DNA from: Oligoflexia bacterium
GTDB taxonomy: Bacteria > Bdellovibrionota > Bdellovibrionia > JABDDW01
Assembly: GCA_020847095.1 (NCBI GenBank)
Contig: JADLCR010000088.1
Coordinates: 46,871-110,870, forward strand
Reading direction: 5' to 3'
DNA length: 64,000 nucleotides
Part shown: positions 24,421 to 34,731 of the stretch, piece after piece
Layout: each line of letters begins with the position of its first letter
Position numbering within the stretch: the stretch's first letter is position 1
The notes under the pieces: model-generated
Database searches by the model: none
What the model was told of the DNA's origin: nothing
What the model saw: only the letters and a program-made list of their open reading frames with translations
Made by a program: the position numbers and the translations under genes

Positions 24421-24450
24421 AAAAAACGGAGCGTTTTACCGCTCCGTTTT
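24421..24450 (-). terminator. rho-independent terminator after carD
   Basis: aacggagcg-tttta-cgctccgtt, flanked by an A-run and a T-run. Confidence 0.5.
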
Positions 24451-24473
24451 GAGTCGAACCTCTCTCTTGATTC

Positions 24474-24992
24474 TTAAGCCTCTTCAGCGGCAGCCTGGGG
24501 TTGGTCGAGTCCGAAGATATCCTTCACTTCGTCTTCGACCTTCTTTTCATTGATTCGTTTAGCAAGAGCTAATTCTTTAATAAGTAAGCTTCGCGCCGTA
24601 TCTAACATTTTGCGCTCACCAAAACTTAATTCCTTATCAACCTTAAGCAAGAAAAGATCTCTCAAAACCTCTGCAATTTCGTAGATGCTTCCGGTTTTAA
24701 TCTTTTCCATATACTCGCGATAACGGCGATTCCAAGTTTGGTTATCAATCTTAATATTTTTCTTACGAAGAATCTTAAAAACTTCGTTCGCTTCTTTTTT
24801 CGAGATGATGGCTCGAAGACCTACGCTTTCCACGTTTTCCTTAGGAACCATGATCTTCATTCCGTTATCCAGACTCTTGATCGAATAAAATGTCTGCTTT
24901 TTTCCAAAGATTTCTTTGGTCTCAATGGCCGTAACAACGCCTACGCCATGTCCTGGGTAAACCGCATTATCACCCACTTTAAAAGATGCCAT
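24474..24992 (-). CDS. carD: CarD/CdnL family RNA polymerase-binding transcription factor
   Basis: N-terminal FKVGDNAVYPGHGVGVV, matching the CarD_CdnL_TRCF domain. Length 172 aa. Confidence 0.85.
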   Translation of the reverse strand: MASFKVGDNAVYPGHGVGVVTAIETKEIFGKKQTFYSIKSLDNGMKIMVPKENVESVGLRAIISKKEANEVFKILRKKNIKIDNQTWNRRYREYMEKIKTGSIYEIAEVLRDLFLLKVDKELSFGERKMLDTARSLLIKELALAKRINEKKVEDEVKDIFGLDQPQAAAEEA

Positions 24993-25106
24993 TAAGAGTT
25001 CCTCCTGAATGAAAAGCTTCTAAACGCATTGCGCCAAATTCTTTGGCGAGCGATCGGACTTTTATATCACGAGTGACGATAATCGTCAACGCACCGGGAA
25101 CAAAGT

Positions 25107-25134
25107 AAAAGGCGACCCCTTTAAAGAGGTCGCC
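25107..25134 (-). terminator. rho-independent terminator after the S8 protease gene
   Basis: ggcgacc...ggtcgcc hairpin. T-run on the minus strand. Confidence 0.5.
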
Positions 25135-25160
25135 TGAAGAAAAAACCGTGAAATAATTTC

Positions 25161-27338
25161 TTAGTTGAGAGTGAACACTAAGGCATAGGGTTGGGCATTT
25201 GTATCAGGTCGCCCAACGGGAACGTTTTGCGCCGAGATTCGAACAGTGTACTCGCCATCATGGGGAGCCACCATTTCAATCATTTCCGTATTGTTCACCT
25301 TGTCTGGTGCCTTCAAGCGATTCGGGAAGAAAGTGTCTCCCCCTTGATCAACAACACTTAAATCTAAATCGTTAACCAAAGCTTGAGCCGCTCCAGCAGA
25401 TCCGGGAGCATCGGTGTACACCAAAGTCACTTGGATCTTTTGGCCCTGCTTTGCATAAAACTGGTAGTTTCTCATTCCACCGGTTGCAAGACCTTCGCGC
25501 TCATCGATCAAGTTCTCTCTCTTGAGAGTGACCATTTTTTCCAAATCGACGCGACCGAAACCTTCATTGGTATTTGGACGCGGGGTTTGGAACTCTTGCC
25601 CTTTTCCAAAACCAAATTGGCCCGGGAAAAGATCAAATGCCGTATGCAGCATCGACGCCTTTAAAAGCGCCGCACTGGGGCGGGTCACACCAATGGATTG
25701 GAGGTACTCGCGCGATACAGCAGCGGCTCCAGAAGTCAACGGCGTTGCCATCGAAGTTCCACCGGCATAGGCATAGTGTTGATTGTAAGCACCCCAAAGT
25801 TTGCTGGAGCGCTTATGCTGCGACTGGAGAGAAACGATGTTCGTTCCTGGCGCCACGATTTCTGGCTTGATTCGTCCATCGCGCGTCGGACCTACGCTGC
25901 TAAATGCTGCCATCCCGCCAGGATTATCAGACAGACGACTTGAAGCCAGTGGTTCAACGCCCCACTTTCGTGCCCCGTCACGTAGTCCCTTCATTTGTTC
26001 TTGGATTCCACCAAAATTTGCCAAGTTTTTGCTCGCTCCTACAGTCAGAACATTCTTGGCGGTTCCGGGGCTGCTCACGCTACCCGGATCGATATGCCCG
26101 TCGCGATCAAGATCTTGTCCGCTATTTCCCGCAGCAAAAACGATTAGCAAATCTGGATTGTTCCAGGCCACATCGTCAACTTTTGATGACATCATGTCGT
26201 AGCTTCCAAGGTCTCGCGCCGCACCCCAGCTATTGGAGTGAACTGTTGCGCCTTTTTCGACATGGGCTTTGACGAAGAGCTTATTGAAATCCGGTGTAAT
26301 AAAAATATTGTTCAGTAGAGCATTCCATAAATGTTCGAACACGAGTTTAGCACCGTAAGCGCCACCCCGGATGCGCCCTCCTGAAAGTGCCCCGTTTCCG
26401 ACAACAGACCCCGAGACGTGGGTTCCGTGCCCTTGAGGATCCGACCAGCGTGGCAAATTCCATTTTTGGAAGGCCGTAATTCCAAAAAACCCTAATGCGT
26501 AAACAGAATCCAACTGCCCTTGAAAATCTTTAAGAAGCAATTGAGAATTCCCAACGTCAAGACCGGTGTCGGCCACGGCAACTTTTTGTCCTTGCCCACT
26601 GAGACCTCGCGCGTATGCCGCATCGAAGTTCATAAGCTTGGTTCCGGACTCATAACCCGTGAGATCCGAATAATCACCCTTAGGTTGCGCACCCTTAGAA
26701 GGCTTCTTGCCTTGAGTGTCGTCATTTTCGAACAAAAAGTTTGTCAGTCGCGGAGCGGGCTCAACAAACTCCACACCTTCTAGATTGGCAATAGCCTTAG
26801 CCGCCGATCCATTGGCGTCGACAAGAAACATTTCGGGAGCTACTTTTTCGATTCTTAGATCCAGAGCAAAAAGTTTGGCTGCCGAATATAACGAATCAAT
26901 GGGCGCATCTTTAAATGCCCGTACCAAAACCGCTTGGCGCTGGGAATTGTATTTAAAGTGCTCCGACAATCGGAGTCGCACCGAATATGGCACCACGGCG
27001 CGCACGTTAGCCTGCGCATTGAGAGCAGCCCATTGATAAGTCTCGGTGACCCGAACAATAAAAGCGTCATCGGGAACATAGGTATGAAACTTAATTCCTG
27101 CGCGCTCGAGTCTTTGCTTCTGAACGGGCCGAACCGGTTCAGTAAATTGAACTATATAATACTGTCGCCCTGCGGTTGGCGCGAAACGGGTCCCCCATGC
27201 TTCGGTTCCACTAAGTTTCTGATTGATGGATTGATCATTGAGACGAAGTGTTTCAGTTTTGAACTTGATGACCTCGCCTGCTGACAGCGTAGAGGCCGTT
27301 AAAAGCACCCCCAGAAAAGCAAAATCCCTTGCCCTCAT
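25161..27338 (-). CDS. secreted subtilisin-like serine protease (peptidase S8)
   Basis: Catalytic triad motifs VAVADTGLD, HGTHVSGS and GTSMATP. Signal peptide after the internal Met MRARDFAFLGVLL. The ORF track extends to 27416. Confidence 0.88.
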   Translation of the reverse strand: MRARDFAFLGVLLTASTLSAGEVIKFKTETLRLNDQSINQKLSGTEAWGTRFAPTAGRQYYIVQFTEPVRPVQKQRLERAGIKFHTYVPDDAFIVRVTETYQWAALNAQANVRAVVPYSVRLRLSEHFKYNSQRQAVLVRAFKDAPIDSLYSAAKLFALDLRIEKVAPEMFLVDANGSAAKAIANLEGVEFVEPAPRLTNFLFENDDTQGKKPSKGAQPKGDYSDLTGYESGTKLMNFDAAYARGLSGQGQKVAVADTGLDVGNSQLLLKDFQGQLDSVYALGFFGITAFQKWNLPRWSDPQGHGTHVSGSVVGNGALSGGRIRGGAYGAKLVFEHLWNALLNNIFITPDFNKLFVKAHVEKGATVHSNSWGAARDLGSYDMMSSKVDDVAWNNPDLLIVFAAGNSGQDLDRDGHIDPGSVSSPGTAKNVLTVGASKNLANFGGIQEQMKGLRDGARKWGVEPLASSRLSDNPGGMAAFSSVGPTRDGRIKPEIVAPGTNIVSLQSQHKRSSKLWGAYNQHYAYAGGTSMATPLTSGAAAVSREYLQSIGVTRPSAALLKASMLHTAFDLFPGQFGFGKGQEFQTPRPNTNEGFGRVDLEKMVTLKRENLIDEREGLATGGMRNYQFYAKQGQKIQVTLVYTDAPGSAGAAQALVNDLDLSVVDQGGDTFFPNRLKAPDKVNNTEMIEMVAPHDGEYTVRISAQNVPVGRPDTNAQPYALVFTLN

Positions 27339-27544
27339 TATTCCCCCTTCATTAGGAGCCTGAAATAGCGCTCGGTTGTGAGGATTAAGTAGATCGACCC
27401 TCCAGACCTTCGTCAAGACTAAGGTCTAGAATATTTTCACGTTTTTTACAGACAACTTAAGATATTGATTTTCTTATGATTTTTTCTTGCGTGAAGCATG
27501 AATTATCGATAAATCTCCAGAAAATTTTCCTTGGGGGAGGAATC

Positions 27545-27973
27545 ATGGGGACAAGAAATTCATTAATTTTACTCTCAGTGCTTCTCGCAACCAATTTGGC
27601 TCAAGCGAAACAAACCCAAAATGGAACTAGTTTGAGCTGCGCCAACAATCCTCAAGCACTGGTCGTAAAGTGCAAAGTCACTGAATCAACCGGACTCAGT
27701 CTTGGAGATGAAGTTGGCCTTTGCCAAAGCGAGGACGGCGAATTTTCAATTGCTCTTTCAAATAGCGAACAAGAAGATGTCTTTCCTGCCGAACTCATCC
27801 CCGTTCCAAGTGATGTGGACCTTCAGTTTCGGGCCGTTGTGGGAAAATCGTATATCCAACTCTCTGTGGTCAAAAGCCGGGGACCCTTTAACTCAAGTCT
27901 AGTCATTCATAACTACGACGGTAATACGACTGACTGGGGTTCCATGTCGCAGCTTCGTTGCAAGTCGAACTAA
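27545..27973 (+). CDS. hypothetical secreted protein
   Basis: Signal peptide MGTRNSLILLSVLLATNLAQA. Four Cys. No recognizable motif. Confidence 0.5.
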   Translation: MGTRNSLILLSVLLATNLAQAKQTQNGTSLSCANNPQALVVKCKVTESTGLSLGDEVGLCQSEDGEFSIALSNSEQEDVFPAELIPVPSDVDLQFRAVVGKSYIQLSVVKSRGPFNSSLVIHNYDGNTTDWGSMSQLRCKSN

Positions 27974-30063
27974 CCAATTTGAGCAAATAATAGTGCGGGT
28001 CGCCTTCCCTGCAGGATGGCGTTTTTAAGCTTTAAGTTTTCTGCTTTCTTAAGTTCTGGATCGGTCTCAATGACTTTGAATGCCGCTTTTCGAGCCAATG
28101 CCAGAAGCTCAACGTCACGAACTAGATTTGCCAACCTAAACCCTGGCAATCCCGATTGTCGGGTCCCCATAAACTCTCCCGGTCCGCGAATGAGAAGATC
28201 TTCTTCGGCAATTCGAAACCCGTCTTGAGTTTGTTCCATAACTGAAAGTCGCTTTTTCCCTTCATCGGAAAGTGCGTAACCCGATATCAAAATACAATAG
28301 CTCTTATGAGAACCTCGGCCAACACGCCCTCGTAGCTGATGAAGTTGAGCTAGGCCAAATCGCTCTGCGTGTTCAATGACCATGACCGTGGCATTGGGGA
28401 CGTCGACGCCGACTTCGACAACGGTAGTGGAGACCAAAACGTGAATCTCTCCTCGCTTGAATCGTCCCATTAACTCTTCTTTTTCTTGAGGCTTCAGTCG
28501 GCCGTGCACAAGACCCACTGTGTAGGGTTTTAGCTCTTCAGTGAGTTGAGCAGCGGCATCCGTTGCGTTTTGAAGATCCATTTTTTCGGTTTCTTCTACC
28601 AATGGATAAATCACATAGGCTTGACGGCCCTTGCCTATTTGATCGCGCACAAAATCGAAGACCTGTTTTTTCTTATTGTCGTGAACCACTCGCGTCGTGA
28701 TGGGAATTCGGCCCTGGGGTAATTCCTTAATCACACTGACGTCAAGATCACCATACACGCTCATAGCTAACGTTCGCGGAATGGGCGTTGCCGTCATGAT
28801 AAGCATATGGGGATGCCCACCCTTTTGCTTGAGTTGCGCCCGTTGTTTCACACCAAAACGATGCTGTTCATCGATAACGACAAGTCCTAAATTTTTAAAA
28901 CTCACATTTTCTTGAATCAAGGCGTGCGTTCCAATAACAAGTTGAATATTCCCCGATTCGACTTCATCTCTCATCTTTTGAGATTCTTTTTCTTTGAGTC
29001 CTCCCGACAAAAAGCCCAACTTGATTCCCAAATGGCTAAAAATTTCTTGGGCTTTTTTGAAATGCTGTTCAGCCAAAATTTCCGTTGGAGCCATAATGGC
29101 GACCTGAAAACCGTTATCAAGAACCAGTGCTGCTGACAAAAATGAAACGATGGTTTTTCCACATCCAACATCACCTTGCACAAGCCGGTGCATCGGATGA
29201 GGTTTCAATAGATCCCCCGTAATTTCAGCCAAGCAGCTTTCTTGACCATCGGTAAGTTTAAAAGGCAGGTCGGCACGAATCTTTTGGGCTAATCCAGCCA
29301 CTGGCTTCATCTGAAACCCTTTTTCTTTGATGGCACTTACTTTTGACCGAGCCAAAAGCAACTCCATCCAAAAAAATTCTTCAAAAATAAGGCGACGATG
29401 GTGGGGCGTTCGAAATTGTTGCCATGTTGTCACGTCTTCTTCACCTGGCTGATGAACTTTCATCAGCGATTCATTTAATGGAGGCAAATCAAAATCTTTC
29501 AAAATCCACTCAGGCAATGTTTCTTCAACCAACCCACCCGCATCGCCAATCACCGTTCCGACTATGCGACGAATGAGCTTTTGATTTAACCCTTCTGTTT
29601 CTGAATAAATGGGAAGCAATCCCGATTCGACTTCCTCGCTATCACCTTCGGTCAATCGCACCTCGGGGTGATGAATCTCAGTGACCCCACGGTAATTTTT
29701 AACTTCACCGGTTACTCGCACCTGAGAGCCTGGAGTAAAAGCTTTGAAATAGTCCTTAAAAGGAACACGAAACCACTTGCAGGCAATTCGTCCAGTAGCG
29801 TCTTTTACGACTAATTCATAAATCCTTCGTCTAGTTCGCCCCATTTGAATATCGCGACAAATGAGTATTTCCCCCACAAACGAAACCAACTGCCCCGGTC
29901 GAAGATCAGAAATCTGTTTGGCAGCCCGCCGGTCTTCATAGCTACGCGGAAACCATTGCAACACATCCCCGACCTTGTGGATGTCTTTTCGAGCAAGCAA
30001 AGCAGATATCTTGGGGCCTACCCCTTTGATAAATTGAACCGGTGTGTCGAGTTGAATTCCCAT
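27970..30063 (-). CDS. recG: ATP-dependent DNA helicase RecG
   Basis: Wedge/OB domain, Walker A GDVGCGKT, DEQHRFG and helicase C motifs. Length 697 aa. Confidence 0.92.
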   Translation of the reverse strand: MGIQLDTPVQFIKGVGPKISALLARKDIHKVGDVLQWFPRSYEDRRAAKQISDLRPGQLVSFVGEILICRDIQMGRTRRRIYELVVKDATGRIACKWFRVPFKDYFKAFTPGSQVRVTGEVKNYRGVTEIHHPEVRLTEGDSEEVESGLLPIYSETEGLNQKLIRRIVGTVIGDAGGLVEETLPEWILKDFDLPPLNESLMKVHQPGEEDVTTWQQFRTPHHRRLIFEEFFWMELLLARSKVSAIKEKGFQMKPVAGLAQKIRADLPFKLTDGQESCLAEITGDLLKPHPMHRLVQGDVGCGKTIVSFLSAALVLDNGFQVAIMAPTEILAEQHFKKAQEIFSHLGIKLGFLSGGLKEKESQKMRDEVESGNIQLVIGTHALIQENVSFKNLGLVVIDEQHRFGVKQRAQLKQKGGHPHMLIMTATPIPRTLAMSVYGDLDVSVIKELPQGRIPITTRVVHDNKKKQVFDFVRDQIGKGRQAYVIYPLVEETEKMDLQNATDAAAQLTEELKPYTVGLVHGRLKPQEKEELMGRFKRGEIHVLVSTTVVEVGVDVPNATVMVIEHAERFGLAQLHQLRGRVGRGSHKSYCILISGYALSDEGKKRLSVMEQTQDGFRIAEEDLLIRGPGEFMGTRQSGLPGFRLANLVRDVELLALARKAAFKVIETDPELKKAENLKLKNAILQGRRPALLFAQIG

Positions 30064-30130
30064 AAAGTTCTACTATTTAGCCGCGCCTTTCGTTGACAGT
30101 CAACGAGGCGGATCGTCATACTTAAAGAAT

Positions 30131-31078
30131 ATGGATCAAAACGGGGGCCAGAAGTACTTTAAAATTCGCCTTGCCAGCATGCACCCCAATCGCAAAGTAG
30201 CTTTTGATGTTTTTATTCTCATCAACGGGCGCTACGTGCTTTACATGAGATCTGGCGCCACCTTTGAAGGTGAAAAGCTCGAACATTTTAAATCCAAACG
30301 AGCTGATGTCTTTTTTGTTAAAGAGGAAGACCGTGCCGCCTACAAAACCTACATTCGCGATCGCATTGGTGATGATGAACATTCACCCGAAGAAAAAGCA
30401 CTCATTTTAAAGGAGTCGTCATTTTCACTTGTTGAGGAACTTTTTGAAAATCCCAAAATCGATCAAGCTCTCGAAGAATCTAAATCCGTCATTTCAAATT
30501 TCGTCGATTTCATTGATGCCGAGCCGACGGCCGTCGCCAATCTTATTGGTCTTAGTAGCCATGACTTCTATACCTACAATCATTCTCTAGATGTCGCGGT
30601 GTACTCGTTGGGTCTCGCATTGAAAGCGGGTTACAAAAATAAGAACGACTTAATGGAAATTGGTCGCGGCGCACTATTTCATGACGTCGGAAAACGAAAA
30701 GTATCCGTCGAGATCATCTGCAAAAAAGGTGGTCTTGATGATAACGAGTGGGCCCAAATGAAGCGCCACCCCTTGTATGGCCTTCAAATACTAAATGAAT
30801 TTCAGGGCATTCCAGACGGAGTCAAGGCTTGCGTTTTTGAACATCACGAAAATCATATTGGTAACGGCTACCCGCAAGGCTTAAAGGGAAGTGAAATTCA
30901 TCCAATGGCGCGGATTGTGGCCCTTACTGACACTTACGACGCGCTCACGACAAAACGATCGTACAACGACCCTATGAGTCCATCAGACGCACTCACGCTC
31001 ATGAAGGAAAAATTAGCCGGACGCTTTGACCCTGATCTGCTCAAGGCCATGTACAGTGTCCTTTTTAAATTGAAATAA
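30131..31078 (+). CDS. HD-GYP domain cyclic-di-GMP phosphodiesterase
   Basis: HDVGK, HHENHIGNGYP and DTYDALT motifs. Confidence 0.85.
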   Translation: MDQNGGQKYFKIRLASMHPNRKVAFDVFILINGRYVLYMRSGATFEGEKLEHFKSKRADVFFVKEEDRAAYKTYIRDRIGDDEHSPEEKALILKESSFSLVEELFENPKIDQALEESKSVISNFVDFIDAEPTAVANLIGLSSHDFYTYNHSLDVAVYSLGLALKAGYKNKNDLMEIGRGALFHDVGKRKVSVEIICKKGGLDDNEWAQMKRHPLYGLQILNEFQGIPDGVKACVFEHHENHIGNGYPQGLKGSEIHPMARIVALTDTYDALTTKRSYNDPMSPSDALTLMKEKLAGRFDPDLLKAMYSVLFKLK

Positions 31079-31579
31079 TCAGTTGGAACTTCTGAGATAA
31101 ATTGAGCCGCAAATTTCGGGTGCTGGGTTGAAAACGGTTTCAACGGTTTTAAACTGCGAAATATTATCATAAGCCTGCTTGACGCCGTCGGCATCACAAG
31201 AAAGATTTTGAGTAGAAGTTCGACAAGCTACTGCGGTAGAAAAACTCGGAACAATGCTTTCTGAAGCTTCCAAGGCAATGACTTCGCGAAAAGTGGGTTC
31301 GACTTCGTCACTAGCAACGACATATCCAAGCCGAGTGGAAACGGCATTTGAATTGAAGTAAGCCTCATAACATTCTGGCAGCCCCATTGCGGGATAACAT
31401 CGCTTCAACAAACCACATGCATCGGAAATCAAAGTTTCTCCGACCGTTTTTTCATTCAGAGGATTGCCCGTGCTCGTGCCGCGTCTTCGAAAAGCGTCAG
31501 GGTTTCCACAATTGCTATAGGCCACAAACAAAACAACGATAAAAATTAACGCTACAGCAATCTTTCCTACATTTTTCAT
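31079..31579 (-). CDS. hypothetical secreted Cys-rich protein
   Basis: Signal peptide. Eight Cys. Its start overlaps the upstream TIGR02147 gene stop (ATGA). Confidence 0.5.
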   Translation of the reverse strand: MKNVGKIAVALIFIVVLFVAYSNCGNPDAFRRRGTSTGNPLNEKTVGETLISDACGLLKRCYPAMGLPECYEAYFNSNAVSTRLGYVVASDEVEPTFREVIALEASESIVPSFSTAVACRTSTQNLSCDADGVKQAYDNISQFKTVETVFNPAPEICGSIYLRSSN

Positions 31580-32436
31580 TGTTTCAAATCTCCGTCTTCT
31601 GCATCGTCTGTCAGCGGGAATAGCTGAAAGTTAAGCTGATAAACGACTGTTGGTGACGGATCTTGTGCCATCACTTCCATAACCTCTTTTCGGAACCTTT
31701 GAACCATTTCCTTAACAGTCTTGGCTGTCCGAGCCGATATACCGACCGTTACAGAGCTAATTTCACGCTTATCTCTCGTAAAACGATCAATGGACTCCCC
31801 AGCTTTTTGAAGCATTTCTTTATGAAATTGAGCGATTGACGCCGAAGTCACTTCATCTTGGGTGGCGATATTTTGATGAGTTTGAAATAGCTTTCCCGTA
31901 GATGGGTCGCGGCCAATGAGGCCTAATTCGATGAGCTCATCAAGGGCCTTTTTGGCATCTGCTGGTGCGATATTTGGCTGAACCCTTTTAGCAATCCAAT
32001 TGGGATCTTCTTGAAATCCTTTAAGACCAACGAGCTCACGAATGGCCACAAAATACCAATGACGGAAATAGTTAAATTGCTGCTCTCTTAATGGGTGAAT
32101 ATTTCGATAAGATTTTGACCTCAATAACTGTTCGGCATGGAATTGCTTTTCGCCTGATGTTGTAGCCTGGCAAAAAAGCACAAGATGCCGAAAGAACTGG
32201 GTTTCTTCGCCAGTCATTGCGAGACTTTGAGCGCAGCGCTCAATACTGAGTTGAGACAGATTTCTTTGACCGTCCATCACGAGCTTAATAAAGTTTGGAG
32301 AAGTAAACCCAGCTGCTCTAGAAAAAGCTCTAAATGAAAAGCCTCCAGGTGCTGACTTCAGCTTCATATAAGCGTCCTTCAAAAAGGACCGGTAATCTTC
32401 ATAATCAAATACTCGAACTGGCGCTTTCGTAATCAT
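31576..32436 (-). CDS. TIGR02147/DUF4423-like putative HTH regulator
   Basis: N-terminal DYEDYRSFLKD...FSFRAFSRAAGFTSPNFIKLVMDGQRNLS resembles the TIGR02147 paralogous family, recalled from memory. Confidence 0.5.
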   Translation of the reverse strand: MITKAPVRVFDYEDYRSFLKDAYMKLKSAPGGFSFRAFSRAAGFTSPNFIKLVMDGQRNLSQLSIERCAQSLAMTGEETQFFRHLVLFCQATTSGEKQFHAEQLLRSKSYRNIHPLREQQFNYFRHWYFVAIRELVGLKGFQEDPNWIAKRVQPNIAPADAKKALDELIELGLIGRDPSTGKLFQTHQNIATQDEVTSASIAQFHKEMLQKAGESIDRFTRDKREISSVTVGISARTAKTVKEMVQRFRKEVMEVMAQDPSPTVVYQLNFQLFPLTDDAEDGDLKQ

Positions 32437-32563
32437 GGAATCATTATAACGCTTATAGTCACAAAGTCAACATATTTTGTATTCAATTAGAATATTTTTA
32501 ATAACATGATTTACAATAATAAGTTAATTATTTCAATGCGTTATATACATTTATTGTATACTG

Positions 32564-32591
32564 TTGACAAATATTGTCATTTTAGTAGAAT
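32564..32591 (+). promoter_or_regulatory. near-consensus sigma70 promoter (TTGACA-16-TAGAAT) overlapped by palindrome TGACAAATATTGTCA
   Basis: Lies in the 210-bp AT-rich divergent intergenic region. The -35 sits inside a perfect 6-3-6 inverted repeat. Confidence 0.45.
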
Positions 32592-32672
32592 ACTAATTAA
32601 GGCAGCACGTCTCTTTTGATTACAGTTAAAAGCTAATCCTTTTATTTGGACAGGAGTCCAAGAGGAGTACTT

Positions 32673-33602
32673 ATGAAGCGCTTACTATTAGCGTTGCTGA
32701 TTTCGAGCTCATTGGCAGGTTGCTCGGACTATAGCTTTGAGGATTCAAAGTCTCAGGCCCCAGCTCCAAACTCAGATCCTGGGGTTATCACCCAAGAGAC
32801 TCTGGGACTTCGTTATGACATTGAATTTGATCCCGTGAGATTGACGTCGCTCTCACCCCGAATCAGTACCGCAAACTCGAATGACGATATATATGGCGGC
32901 AAGCCATTTGTGCTTGGCTTTGCCACCGTAGACCCGATCGACACAAACCCGTTTAGCTTTCAAGGCCACGTGCTTGCGATTTATAGCCCAAAACTCATCA
33001 CTTCAAATGCGGATAGCACTCAAAGATGTGTGAGATTGGGTGAACAAGCAAGACTTGCGGGTCTAGGACTTAGAATTAGAGCCAACGTACAAATTAAGAT
33101 GAATCAAAAATTGAGACCTGAAGATCGGCTCAATGTTCATATGGTTACAATTCAGCGACTTGAATCTTGTGAGCTTAAACAAGTGCCCATTCCCCCACCT
33201 AAAGTGACAACGTTAGCCTTTGATCATATTAACGACATTCGTGGGCCCCTTGAACCCCCGTATCCCACTTTCGCAGCCGCTACCTATGGCGAAATTGAAG
33301 GGCATCTCTTTACTGGCCTACCCTACGTCGATAACGAGCTCGCAGGCCTTAAGGATTTATATGCGATCGCAAGATTTGATATGGTGGGCGAAAAAGGTCG
33401 GGATTGCTTTGCAAAAGCAAAAAGGGCAAAAAATTCTGGCGGCTTGTTTTCGATTTCCGGAATAGCCCAACAATTAAGATCGCAACCCATCTTATACTTT
33501 GCACCTTGTACGGACAGATACTGCCCTCAAGAATATCGAATTTATGTATTTGATTCTTCAGCTACTTGTAACGTGGAGTTCCCAATCGTCGTTCCCCAAT
33601 AA
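32673..33602 (+). CDS. hypothetical lipoprotein
   Basis: Start MKRLLLALLISSSLAGCSD (lipobox). The ORF track begins upstream at 32646. Confidence 0.6.
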   Translation: MKRLLLALLISSSLAGCSDYSFEDSKSQAPAPNSDPGVITQETLGLRYDIEFDPVRLTSLSPRISTANSNDDIYGGKPFVLGFATVDPIDTNPFSFQGHVLAIYSPKLITSNADSTQRCVRLGEQARLAGLGLRIRANVQIKMNQKLRPEDRLNVHMVTIQRLESCELKQVPIPPPKVTTLAFDHINDIRGPLEPPYPTFAAATYGEIEGHLFTGLPYVDNELAGLKDLYAIARFDMVGEKGRDCFAKAKRAKNSGGLFSISGIAQQLRSQPILYFAPCTDRYCPQEYRIYVFDSSATCNVEFPIVVPQ

Positions 33603-33624
33603 CCCAATCCCTTTACCCAAATGT

Positions 33625-33656
33625 AAAAGGCGGCTCTTAGGAGTCGCCTTTTTTTT
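33625..33656. terminator. bidirectional rho-independent terminator
   Basis: aaaaGGCGGCTC-ttag-GAGTCGCCtttttttt between convergent genes. Confidence 0.55.
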
Positions 33657-33990
33657 GAATTTCGATTTCAGCCGTAACTTTGAATTTGTGATTTTCGGCA
33701 AACTTGGATGCTTCCTTAACAATATCAATTTTGCTTAAGATTGTTCCTATTTCCTTACTCACTCTTCCAACTAATTCTTCTTTACCTTTATTAGCGCTTT
33801 GTATGACAAAACCCAGAACATCTTTAGGAAGCTTCACTTCGCCTAAATACTGTCGAATACTTTCTTCGGTCAGAAATGCGGCACTTAACCCTACCGAAAA
33901 CAATTTCTTAACTGTTTCCAGCACGGGGCCCGATTGCTTTTCTTCAAATTCTACGTTTGGATCGTTATTCTCTTTGTCATCCTTTGACAT
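33637..33990 (-). CDS. hypothetical protein
   Basis: Acidic, helical 117-aa ORF. Its stop lies in the terminator loop. Confidence 0.4.
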   Translation of the reverse strand: MSKDDKENNDPNVEFEEKQSGPVLETVKKLFSVGLSAAFLTEESIRQYLGEVKLPKDVLGFVIQSANKGKEELVGRVSKEIGTILSKIDIVKEASKFAENHKFKVTAEIEIQKKGDS

Positions 33991-34009
33991 TTGGTCCTCC
34001 TGATTTGAA

Positions 34010-34438
34010 CTAGGCTATCCCCTCAACTTGCTCTTTAAAGGCTCTCATCATGGTGGGTAAGTTAACCTCTACTAGTTTTTTTTCGATCATCCCGGGGACA
34101 AACAACGTGAGTTTAATATTGATGTTGTAATCAACCTGACACTTGCCGTCTGGCAAATCGCGAAATGTCCATTTACCCCAGTTTTCTTTGAAAAGATCAC
34201 CTGAATGTAACTTCCAGCTTATTTCACTGTACGGCTTTTCGTAAGTCATGAGTTGATACCGAAAGGTCTTAATGACCTGAAGCTCATATTCGACCAGTTT
34301 TTTATCTGGTCCTGAATCGATTATGGAAATTCGCTTCACTTCAGGAAGGATCTCCGGATAGCGACTGTAATCGGAAACAACTTTAAATACGGCTTTGGCT
34401 GGTGCATTAAACACGTCGGAAATGGTTGCGGATGTCAC
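34010..34438 (-). CDS. SRPBCC (polyketide cyclase/RatA-COQ10-like) family protein
   Basis: About 142 aa with a Bet v1-like pattern. Confidence 0.65.
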   Translation of the reverse strand: MTSATISDVFNAPAKAVFKVVSDYSRYPEILPEVKRISIIDSGPDKKLVEYELQVIKTFRYQLMTYEKPYSEISWKLHSGDLFKENWGKWTFRDLPDGKCQVDYNINIKLTLFVPGMIEKKLVEVNLPTMMRAFKEQVEGIA

Positions 34439-34731
34439 TGAGGTTTTCCTTTCTTAAAAAGAGCTTCTGCGGCGAACTTAGGATCGGCTTTCATGGCTGC
34501 TGAAACAGGCCCTTGCCTTGGTTGGAAGAAGTCGCAAAAATTGGCCTTCTCCTTATCAACAACCCGATCGGCCGCTGGCTCTTTACACTCATTATATGCA
34601 CGAGGATCATAGAATTGGCAATTTCGACAAACGCGCACGTCAATGCGACAAAATTGACATACGTCACCTCGCCCCACCTTTTCACCAATGCCCGCGTCTT
34701 TTCCGCAGCTATAACAGTTAAGAATGGCCAT
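34435..34731 (-). CDS. small Cys-rich (multi-CxxC) putative zinc-binding protein
   Basis: CYSCG, CQFC and CRNC motifs plus extra Cys. Overlaps both neighbours by 1 to 4 nt. Confidence 0.55.
   Translation of the reverse strand: MAILNCYSCGKDAGIGEKVGRGDVCQFCRIDVRVCRNCQFYDPRAYNECKEPAADRVVDKEKANFCDFFQPRQGPVSAAMKADPKFAAEALFKKGKPQ

Noticed and set aside
25383-26272. Series of 80 to 130 aa ORFs on the plus strand inside or antisense to the S8 protease gene
   Set aside because: They lie entirely within a well-supported 750-aa protease ORF and have no motifs. Typical antisense ORFs of a higher-GC coding region.
28016-29183. Several 60 to 75 aa ORFs within or antisense to recG
   Set aside because: They are inside a 697-aa helicase gene with complete motifs, so they are spurious.
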